A stretch of 64,000 nucleotides of DNA from positions 4,915 through 68,914 of IMG/VR virus record IMGVR_UViG_3300031857_000123; one strand, 5' to 3'. Origin of the DNA: a virus. Every line of letters starts with the position of its first letter. Positions within the stretch are counted from its first letter, which is position 1. This document shows, in pieces, positions 56,558 through 64,000 of the stretch. Position numbers and translations under genes: made by a program. The notes under the pieces are model-generated. The model was not told the DNA's origin. It worked only from the letters and a program-made list of their open reading frames with translations, and did not search any database.

Positions 56558-57313
56558 ATGAAAATCAGACTCTTATCAGACCTGCACACAGAATTCCGTC
56601 TTCCCTACAAAACTCATGCAATGAGTGAGTATCGTGGCGAAGACGTGCTTGTGCTGGCGGGTGACATTGCCAGCGGAAGCTCCAACACCCTGGACGTTAT
56701 CAAACACTTTCGTGACCAAGGCTTTCCCGAAATCATTTATGTGCCTGGCAACCACGAGTACTACGGCACTGGCTTTGACGAGTTCAATGCTAAAATGCAA
56801 AACAAGTGCCTGGAGTTTGACAACGTGCACTTCTTAAACCCCGGCACTGTGACCATTGGTGGTGTTAAGTTTGTGGGCGGCACACTATGGACTAACTTTG
56901 GTGATAACCCCTTCAGTCAGTCGGCAGCCAAACGTGGTATCAACGACTTCCGTCAGATTCGTGACTTTGATGTAAACCGCTGTGCCAAAACCTACTACCA
57001 GCACCTTGGATATATTCAAGATCAGTATGAGCAGCGTGGCGACTCAAAGGTTGTGGTTGTCACACACTTCTTACCAGCTCGTGAGTGCATTGCACCACGC
57101 TTTCGTGGAGCAAACTTACTAAATGACTACTTTGCTAATAACCTTGGTGAGTATATTTCTACTATGTCTAATGCTACTTGGCTTTTTGGCCACACACATG
57201 ATGCTACTGATATTGTGCTTGGTGATACTCGTGTGGTTGCTAATCCACATGGTTACTACAATGCGCTAAACGACGGCGTTGGCTTTGACCCTTTTAAAAC
57301 TATTGTGGTATGA
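56558..57313 (+). CDS. Calcineurin-like metallophosphoesterase
   Basis: SDLH, AGDI, PGNHE, G.TLW, TH..P, GHTH, NP.GY. Confidence 0.9.
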   Translation: MKIRLLSDLHTEFRLPYKTHAMSEYRGEDVLVLAGDIASGSSNTLDVIKHFRDQGFPEIIYVPGNHEYYGTGFDEFNAKMQNKCLEFDNVHFLNPGTVTIGGVKFVGGTLWTNFGDNPFSQSAAKRGINDFRQIRDFDVNRCAKTYYQHLGYIQDQYEQRGDSKVVVVTHFLPARECIAPRFRGANLLNDYFANNLGEYISTMSNATWLFGHTHDATDIVLGDTRVVANPHGYYNALNDGVGFDPFKTIVV

Positions 57314-57474
57314 ACAACAGATACTTAAACAGTTTACTACTCGGTCTACTAGGTGACATAAACCTAGTAGAACGCTGGTGGACGACACCTAACCGTGGCT
57401 TTAATATGCAATGTCCGTGTGATGTTGCAGAATCAGAAGTCCGCCGCTATCTTGAATCTTACTGCTTTAAATAA
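57310..57474 (+). CDS. MbcA/ParS/Xre antitoxin C-terminal-like domain (not in ORF track)
   Basis: Manual translation LG...VERWWTTPNRGFNMQCP.D....VRRYL; ATGA-coupled. Confidence 0.5.
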   Translation: MNNRYLNSLLLGLLGDINLVERWWTTPNRGFNMQCPCDVAESEVRRYLESYCFK

Positions 57475-57475
57475 C

Positions 57476-58402
57476 ATGACCAACACCGAAGACCTTATCA
57501 CAGCCCGTGTACTAGCCGACTCAGTTAGTCCAGAGGGTCAGCGCATGACTACCATGGAAATTGAGTACCCAAGGTTTATCTTGGCTGAACTCAATACGCA
57601 CCGTATGTTATCAAAGAATTCGGCGTCAAGTCGTGCTATTCCTGTTAAAACCATGCACGAACACATTCGTAACAATACTGCTGGGCCTGTATACTGGGGT
57701 GTTAATCAACCAGGTATGAAGGCTAAAACGTGCTTGGATGCCGAAGATACTGTTGAAGCACTCATGATCTGGGAACAGGCTCGTGATAGCGCACTTGATT
57801 ATGCCGGTCAGCTTGCTGATCTTAACCTGCACAAGCAGATCACCAACCGCATCACAGAGCCTTGGATGACGATGAAAACTGTGATTTCGGGCACTGAGTG
57901 GGCAAACTACTTTTGGTTGCGTGACCACCCAGATGCACAGCCAGAGATTGCACTGCTAGCAAACAAAATGCACAGTGTGTATGAGGCCAGCTCACCACAA
58001 CTATTACATCCAGGAGAATGGCATGTTCCTTATGTTACTACTCACCGTGACAATTATTCTGGTGTTTTGCATTATCTTGACAGTAATGACAAGTATATCA
58101 CAGCAAAAGAAGCGTGCATTATCAGCGCTAGCTGCTGTGCTCAAGTGTCGTATCGCAAGAATGATGATAGCTACGAAAAAGCACTAAAAATCTTCCAACA
58201 GTTAATTGAAAGCGAACCAGCACACGCTAGCCCAGTTGAGCATCAGGCCACTCCTATGGATGTGGAATCAATGTGCCGTTTTGAACCAGAAACTTGGCAA
58301 CCTGGAGTTACTCATGTGAGTGCTAACAGTGACTTGTGGTCGGGTAATCTTCGTGGTTGGATTCAGCACCGCAAACTTATTCCCAAGGAGGCACGCTGGT
58401 GA
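57476..58402 (+). CDS. thyX: Flavin-dependent thymidylate synthase (ThyX/Thy1-like)
   Basis: PRFI.AE.NTHR..S.NS.SSRAIP, HKQ..NR..EP, AQPEI, HASP.EHQA. Confidence 0.75.
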   Translation: MTNTEDLITARVLADSVSPEGQRMTTMEIEYPRFILAELNTHRMLSKNSASSRAIPVKTMHEHIRNNTAGPVYWGVNQPGMKAKTCLDAEDTVEALMIWEQARDSALDYAGQLADLNLHKQITNRITEPWMTMKTVISGTEWANYFWLRDHPDAQPEIALLANKMHSVYEASSPQLLHPGEWHVPYVTTHRDNYSGVLHYLDSNDKYITAKEACIISASCCAQVSYRKNDDSYEKALKIFQQLIESEPAHASPVEHQATPMDVESMCRFEPETWQPGVTHVSANSDLWSGNLRGWIQHRKLIPKEARW

Positions 58403-58761
58403 ACGTAGTCTTATATACAAACGATTTCGAGCCAATTACTGTGCTTGACTTGCCGCAGTGGTTGCTGGAGCAGCTAGAGCGGCAAGGTGCGGTGCGTGTG
58501 GCTGTGATGCGTCCAGTACAGTTTGGGATCGGTGATGGTGTCGCAGTTGGTTCAGTTGAGGGTCCAGAAGTGGTTACTATCTACTGTGAAAAGCTACGCT
58601 GGAAAGACGGCACAGTTAAGCCTATACTGGTTACCGACGACGACGAACTTGCACTCTCACTTAAACCTGAGTGGTTACCAGGTCAGCGTCAACGTGTTCA
58701 AAGCTATCAGCAAGCCATACGTGGTCTAACTGATAGCCTTGTTCGTGCAATGCGAAAATAG
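58399..58761 (+). CDS. Hypothetical protein
   Basis: GTG start with SD AGGAGG; VVLYT.D.EPITV motif. Confidence 0.55.
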   Translation: MNVVLYTNDFEPITVLDLPQWLLEQLERQGAVRVAVMRPVQFGIGDGVAVGSVEGPEVVTIYCEKLRWKDGTVKPILVTDDDELALSLKPEWLPGQRQRVQSYQQAIRGLTDSLVRAMRK

Positions 58762-58818
58762 ACTCTTGATTTCCTAGTTTGTGTGAGTTATAATAATTTA
58801 TTCACTAGGAGATCAGCC

Positions 58819-59013
58819 ATGTATTTTTGCGTAAAATGTTCAGATGACGTAAACCCACGCCGTTGGGCATTGGGCAAACACACATGCTTGCCGTGTGGTG
58901 AAGTGGTTGCACGCCAATTCAAGCACTGTATTGTGCCAATGGCCAAAAGCAACTATCAACCGGTTACTGATCTCTCAACACTCAAACAACTAAACAAATA
59001 TGCTAGAACTTAA
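58819..59013 (+). CDS. TraR/DksA-type C4 zinc-finger protein
   Basis: CxxC-x4-P.R..L...TCxxC; SD AGGAG and upstream promoter. Confidence 0.5.
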   Translation: MYFCVKCSDDVNPRRWALGKHTCLPCGEVVARQFKHCIVPMAKSNYQPVTDLSTLKQLNKYART

Positions 59014-59339
59014 AATTCAATGTCAAGACGCAGACGAAGCTCGTATGTACCTTAATGCAGTGCAGTATCACAATTTGCTAGACGATCTACGCAATGCGCT
59101 TCGCAGTGCACAAAAGCATGGAACTGATCAGGATGTGGTCAAAGTTGTCGAAAACTTCTTTCCAGATATTACCATTGCTTGCGACAACCATCAAGGACCG
59201 TACTAATGTTCTTACAGCTTTTAGACCAGCTGTTTGTGTGGTTTGCAAAGCTGTTAAGTTACATAGCTGTAGCACTCATACTAAGCTTATGGTCACTGGT
59301 TTTTATTGCCATTGTTGCTAACATTTATAAACTAATAAA

Positions 59340-59657
59340 ATGAAACCTAAATTTAACTTAAAACGCGAATTCAACCAGTGGTTTTTTGACGAACAATATC
59401 CAGAAATGGGTTCAAATCGTGCACAAGTCTATGGTTACGGCAATCCAGGCAACAAGGACAACCGTGACTACTGGATGGGCCAGGCATTTGAAGCCGGTGC
59501 ACAGGCTATGTGGAATGAAATCAACTATACTCTGGCTCAGTACGCTTGTGCAGTTGAGGGTTGCGACCCTTATATGATCGAACCATGCGAAGTATATGAC
59601 AGTGCTCGTGAAAGCTTGCACTATCACATCCACCAACAATTGAGGTTATTTCCATGA
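59340..59657 (+). CDS. Hypothetical protein
   Basis: ORF coupled within the operon. Confidence 0.5.
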   Translation: MKPKFNLKREFNQWFFDEQYPEMGSNRAQVYGYGNPGNKDNRDYWMGQAFEAGAQAMWNEINYTLAQYACAVEGCDPYMIEPCEVYDSARESLHYHIHQQLRLFP

Positions 59658-60340
59658 AAGTAAAAATCGGTAAATACACTACTTGGGTTGGACCTTATCA
59701 GATTGCTGATGCGCTCTGCTTTTGGGTCAAACCTGTGCGTGATGAATATGGCATGAAGTCCAAGCCAGACTGGGTTCATGAATTTGGTACTTGGTTGGCA
59801 GAAAATCGTGATGGAACTGACAGCTGGATTACTCGTGTGTGCCAGTGGGTTGAGTCCAAGAAGTCTCGTCAAATTTATGTGAAAATTGATCGTTGGGACA
59901 CTTGGGGCATGGACCACACACTGGCACTGATTGTGTTGCCAATGCTCCGTCAACTGCAAGCCACCAAGCACGGTGCGCCATACGTAGACGATGCAGATGT
60001 GCCTGACGAACTCAAAAGCACCTCAGCACCACCCAAAGAGCATGAGTATGATACTGATGCCAACCACTTCCACCGCTGGGATTGGGTGTTGAATGAAATG
60101 ATCTTTGCCTTTACCGCCAAGCGTGATGGTACATGGCAAGACAAGTACTCTAGTGGTGTGCATGACTGGAGTTCGGAACCTTGTGCATGGGATGACTCAG
60201 GCAAGCCTACAATGTATCGTATGATTACTGGCCCCAATGACACTTACAAGTGCGACTATGATGCAATGGCCGTTGAACAAGCACGTATCACCAACGGCTT
60301 TCGACTATTCGGCAAATACTACGAGAATTTGTGGGATTAA
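59654..60340 (+). CDS. Conserved phage hypothetical protein
   Basis: D.WDTW.MD.TLA.I..PML.QL...KHG.P, W.WVL.EMIFAF, GF.LFGKYY..LWD. Confidence 0.7.
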   Translation: MKVKIGKYTTWVGPYQIADALCFWVKPVRDEYGMKSKPDWVHEFGTWLAENRDGTDSWITRVCQWVESKKSRQIYVKIDRWDTWGMDHTLALIVLPMLRQLQATKHGAPYVDDADVPDELKSTSAPPKEHEYDTDANHFHRWDWVLNEMIFAFTAKRDGTWQDKYSSGVHDWSSEPCAWDDSGKPTMYRMITGPNDTYKCDYDAMAVEQARITNGFRLFGKYYENLWD

Positions 60341-60890
60341 TATGACTGTTTTAACCATTGTTGCCTTAATCTGTGCTGTGGTGATTGTTGGAGGTATTGT
60401 GTGGTTTGCACAACAAAATCCCACGATTGTGTGCAACTCCAACGGCTGTACTGGCAACTGCGACCAGGGCCGCTGTTGCACTTGTGTAAACGACCTACCA
60501 GACACCAACCCCAACTGGCCATTTCCACACAATCGACCATAAGTGTTGCGTTTTAGCAACAAATTTCCGCCACAAGTGTTATCTTGCACTTGTGGCTTTT
60601 GTTCGTTTGCGGTATAATATAGGCTATAAAGGAGAAATTATGATTAAACCAAACACACTTTGTATGATTCGTGGTGTTCCACACGGCCAGCTTGGATCGG
60701 ACTGTAACGGCAAAATTGTGGTTGCTACCAGCCTAATGCATGACGACGTGTGGAGTATTACTCCCAACGTGGTTACCGCTGTAGGCGGCGGTTTGCGCAG
60801 GCTGGTTGCTAGCCGTGCACACTACTTACACCCACTGGACAATCCACCAGAAGGTGCCCTCGATACCATTTCAACACGCAAGGAACTTGT

Positions 60891-61172
60891 ATGACACAAA
60901 TTGTAATCAACTGTGAACATGGCGGATTTGGTCTTAGCGATCAAGCACAAGCACGTTATCGTGAGCTAGCTGGAATACCAGTTGCAGAGTTTCGCTGGGA
61001 ACTTGATCGCAGTGATCCGCACTTAGTACAAACAGTACTTGAGTTGGGTGAAGCGGCCAATGGCCGCTATGCTGACCTAAAAGTGGTGACCATTCCTGAC
61101 GATGTTGAGTGGACAATCTGTGAATATGATGGGTGTGAGTGGGTTGCTGAAGCTCACCGTACTTGGAGTTAA
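60891..61172 (+). CDS. Conserved phage hypothetical protein
   Basis: VIN..GGFGLS, R.DP.LV, EYDG.EWVAE.HRTW. Confidence 0.7.
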   Translation: MTQIVINCEHGGFGLSDQAQARYRELAGIPVAEFRWELDRSDPHLVQTVLELGEAANGRYADLKVVTIPDDVEWTICEYDGCEWVAEAHRTWS

Positions 61173-61474
61173 CATGACACTACAAGCACTATTACCACCA
61201 CGACTGCGTGAGTGGTCAGAAATCGGCCCCGTACAACGTGCAGAACTGGAAGAATTTGCACACAGGTTGTTAGCACAACAAACCAAGGCAATTACAGCTG
61301 ATGGTGTGTTAGTCCAGGCTGGAGCCGAAGTATGGATCATTGACGGTGTTGGCGGCGTAAAACCCACCAGCGTTCGCAATACCGAGGCTGTTACCAACTA
61401 CTACCTATTCGGCAACATTCCTGTAGCCCACAGCTTTTCAACTCGCGAAGCTGCACTCAAATATCAAAAATACC

Positions 61475-61801
61475 ATGCCAATTAAACCCACACATCAAGC
61501 CGCTTATGATTACGCAATGGCCACACTCAAGCAGTCCGCAGGAGAAATCATGCTGGACAAAGCTCTCCGCACCTTAGGGTCGGACAATCAAATCATTGAT
61601 CTTTGCGAGCCTATTTTAGTAGCTTACCGCAAACTACTTACTGAAGTCATAGGTCTGCAACTTATGGACTGGCTGGACTGGTGGATGTATGAAACGGACT
61701 ATGGCACTAAAGCAATGGAGTTCACTATAGACGGTACCAGCTATGACCCTACCACAATGACACTTTACCGATTCTTGGAGACTGTTGATGCGAATGCTTA
61801 A
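61475..61801 (+). CDS. Hypothetical protein (W.DWW.YE.D.G motif)
   Basis: ORF coupled within the operon. Confidence 0.55.
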   Translation: MPIKPTHQAAYDYAMATLKQSAGEIMLDKALRTLGSDNQIIDLCEPILVAYRKLLTEVIGLQLMDWLDWWMYETDYGTKAMEFTIDGTSYDPTTMTLYRFLETVDANA

Positions 61802-62119
61802 ACACAGGCTTCATGAGGGCATCAACACCATTGAGCACTTTGGCACAATGCAGCTCAAGTACTTAGACTATCAAGATGGGAAACTACACGGTTGGTTTTT
61901 ACAACACGATGGCACAGAACCAGACAGCTACCAAGTGTACATTGCACTTACTGGTGAAACAGTACATGACGAGTACCAGTACGTGACGAGCACTCAAACA
62001 CAAATTAGTGGTGGTTACTACGTGGTACATGCCTACGACTAAAAACACTGACCCTAAGCCGCCAAATTTCAGCACCATAAAACACTCGCCAAAATATAAA
62101 AGCAGAGTATAATTAACAC

Positions 62120-62374
62120 ATGAACACACAATACTTGATCTGTAAACTGCAGGAGGAAGCAGCTGAGGTAATTCAAGCGGTAAGCAAAATCAACCGTTTT
62201 GGTGAACAAAACAAACACCCAGACAGAACAACCACCAACAAACAAGAACTGGTAGGTGAATTAGAAGATTTTCTTGCAATTCTCGCAGTTCTTGAACAGA
62301 CCCAATGGATCGACTTGACCCTAAGCAGCAACAATATCAAAACCAAGGCAATCGGACTGCTTAAAAATAACTAA
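62120..62374 (+). CDS. MazG-like nucleotide pyrophosphohydrolase
   Basis: EE.AE.IQA.SK..RFG ... E..D. Confidence 0.65.
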   Translation: MNTQYLICKLQEEAAEVIQAVSKINRFGEQNKHPDRTTTNKQELVGELEDFLAILAVLEQTQWIDLTLSSNNIKTKAIGLLKNN

Positions 62375-62476
62375 ACGAGATTTACAAATATAACGATCTC
62401 AGGCTCACATAAAAATACACCTTGATTTCTTCGAAAAAGTGTGCTATAATATTAGTAATTAAAGAAGATAAGTACT

Positions 62477-62582
62477 AGGGCAGAGTGTTATTTTATAGTA
62501 ACCTCGGGGAAGTTAGAAAGTCCATAGATCTTTCTAATCTTCCACGATTTGGTAAACTGTACTAAATAACAGGCTCTGCCCT
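62477..62582 (+). other. Long imperfect hairpin (~106 nt) downstream of the promoter at 62422-62450
   Basis: AGGGCAGAG/CTCTGCCCT, TGTTATTT/AAATAACA, GGAAG/CTTCC, TTAGAAAG/CTTTCTAA. Confidence 0.7.
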
Positions 62583-62607
62583 CCAACTGCCTAAATAGGG
62601 CCACTAT

Positions 62608-62658
62608 TTGTGTTTTCTATACTAAAGATATTGTGTTTTCTATACTAAAGATATTGTG
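62608..62658. repeat. Tandem 23-bp duplication (TTGTGTTTTCTATACTAAAGATA x2)
   Basis: Read directly from the sequence. Confidence 0.85.
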
Positions 62659-62767
62659 GTTGGCTGTATCACACCGTACAAACCGTGGATTATGCCCCAC
62701 TTTCCCACTCACCAACTAAACCTGGTGACCCCCAACCGACCCACTTTAGGGTCATACTACAATTCCA

Positions 62768-63784
62768 ATGAACGACATTAAATTACTAGATTTTCCACAA
62801 CTTGCCAAAGATTTTCAACAAACCTTTGTGCAGCTACGAGACGAACGATTAGCTTTAGCACAACGATTAGCAGAACGCAAGTATAGACAACAGTGGCAGC
62901 AAACTTATGATGGACTGCAAAACTTTGACAGCGAAGCTGGCAGTGATGGCATAGCCGAAGCTGTCACAGAAACACTAGGCGAATTTGACCCAGGCAGAGT
63001 CCAGCTTAGTGATACAGTCATACAGCAGTGCCGCCAAGAAGCCAAAGCGGCTGTGTGTGAAGCTTGGGCAGTAAAAAATATGATTTCACAAAAGCTAAGT
63101 TGGCTGCCACATCAGATGTTAGCATATTTTGGTACTTGGCAAGCTGTTCGAGATGAGTCGGGTAAGTATTCGGCAACGCTTACCTGGGATATGAACACAC
63201 GACAGCGTGGAGATTACTACGCCTTAGGGTCGGGACTGCTAGCTACTAGTGCTCGCACAAATTTCTTCAAGGATGCGCCTAAGGGTAATCAGCAGTATAA
63301 ATCCATTATCAATCCAATGGTTCCAATAGTCCTGGCTGGATTTAAAAAGTATCAAGGCATTAAGTACTCGGACTGGAGTCTTGAAGGTCTGGAAACTCTA
63401 CTAGACGCAGAGCTGGCAAAGCTTGTTGGTGTTACGGTGCCAGAAATCTCCCACAGCGACCTACTTGCACTACGCAACACTGCCATAACAGATCGTAGCG
63501 GCCCAAGGGCAGGTATCCCCAATAACCCAAGTACCTGCACCAAGCTCAATCACTTGGCAGATACGGCTTTGGGACACCTACCTAAACTTGCCAAATATAT
63601 GGTATTACAAACTTGGGCATGTCACCCAACCAATCGCAACGAGTACATGATTCTTGATCCCAATGACTGGGATGCGATCCCAGAACCTCTAATCAGCAAA
63701 GATATTTTCTTGCAACAAACCGCAAAGCCTGTAGCTACTAGAGTAGCTCAGTTTGCTGATAACACAGACCTGCCTTGGCTATAA
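62768..63784 (+). CDS. Hypothetical protein
   Basis: 338-aa ORF, no recognised catalytic motif. Confidence 0.6.
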   Translation: MNDIKLLDFPQLAKDFQQTFVQLRDERLALAQRLAERKYRQQWQQTYDGLQNFDSEAGSDGIAEAVTETLGEFDPGRVQLSDTVIQQCRQEAKAAVCEAWAVKNMISQKLSWLPHQMLAYFGTWQAVRDESGKYSATLTWDMNTRQRGDYYALGSGLLATSARTNFFKDAPKGNQQYKSIINPMVPIVLAGFKKYQGIKYSDWSLEGLETLLDAELAKLVGVTVPEISHSDLLALRNTAITDRSGPRAGIPNNPSTCTKLNHLADTALGHLPKLAKYMVLQTWACHPTNRNEYMILDPNDWDAIPEPLISKDIFLQQTAKPVATRVAQFADNTDLPWL

Positions 63785-63795
63785 TGGAGACTCAA

Positions 63796-64000
63796 ATGCG
63801 TTATACCAAAGAAATTTGTGACCGTATGGTCCAAGACTACCAAGCCCAGGTGCCAGTACATGAAATTGCCATGCAACTAGACGTACCAGAGCGATCGGTA
63901 ATTGCCAAGCTTAGTTCACTAGGTGTCTACCAAAAGAAAACCTACACCAACAAACGTGGTGAGGTGCCGGTGAAGAAGTCGGAGCATATTGAAAGGATTG
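63796..64000 (+). CDS. T5 A2-like DNA-binding protein (partial, runs off the window)
   Basis: Manual translation MRYTKE...IA.QL...RSVIAKLS.LGVY.KK.Y..K.G.P..K; SD GGAG. Confidence 0.6.
   Translation, partial: MRYTKEICDRMVQDYQAQVPVHEIAMQLDVPERSVIAKLSSLGVYQKKTYTNKRGEVPVKKSEHIERI

Noticed and set aside
1-64000. Prophage or host chromosome context
   Set aside because: No integrase, repressor, rRNA or bacterial housekeeping operon seen; organisation is that of a lytic phage throughout

Overview
A 64-kb segment of a lytic T5-like (Demerecviridae-type) tailed phage, probably infecting an aquatic Gram-negative host. A betaproteobacterial host is suggested by the tmRNA tag, but this is inference. 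1-21.7 kb (+): tail fibre/adhesin region (collagen fibres, repeat beta-propellers, glycosyltransferases), a spanin/GH19 endolysin lysis cassette, a nine-gene cassette of exported/membrane proteins including pilin-like and chaperone-like genes, and PhoH. 21.7-43 kb (-): replication module in T5 gene order (D3, split NAD ligase, D5, helicase, primase, PolA, D10-D15, dUTPase) plus a class II RNR. 43.5-53.2 kb (-): RNA island with 26 tRNAs covering all 20 amino acids, a circularly permuted tmRNA near ClpP, a 169-nt tRNA-shaped RNA with an expanded anticodon domain, and seven long-stem-closed ncRNA candidates between the tRNAs. 53-64 kb: accessory genes (UvsE, phosphatases, SleB, ThyX-like, MazG-like, A2-like). 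The most novel-looking parts are the non-tRNA structured RNAs of the RNA island and the exported fimbria-like cassette. All protein calls are by motif recognition, not database search.
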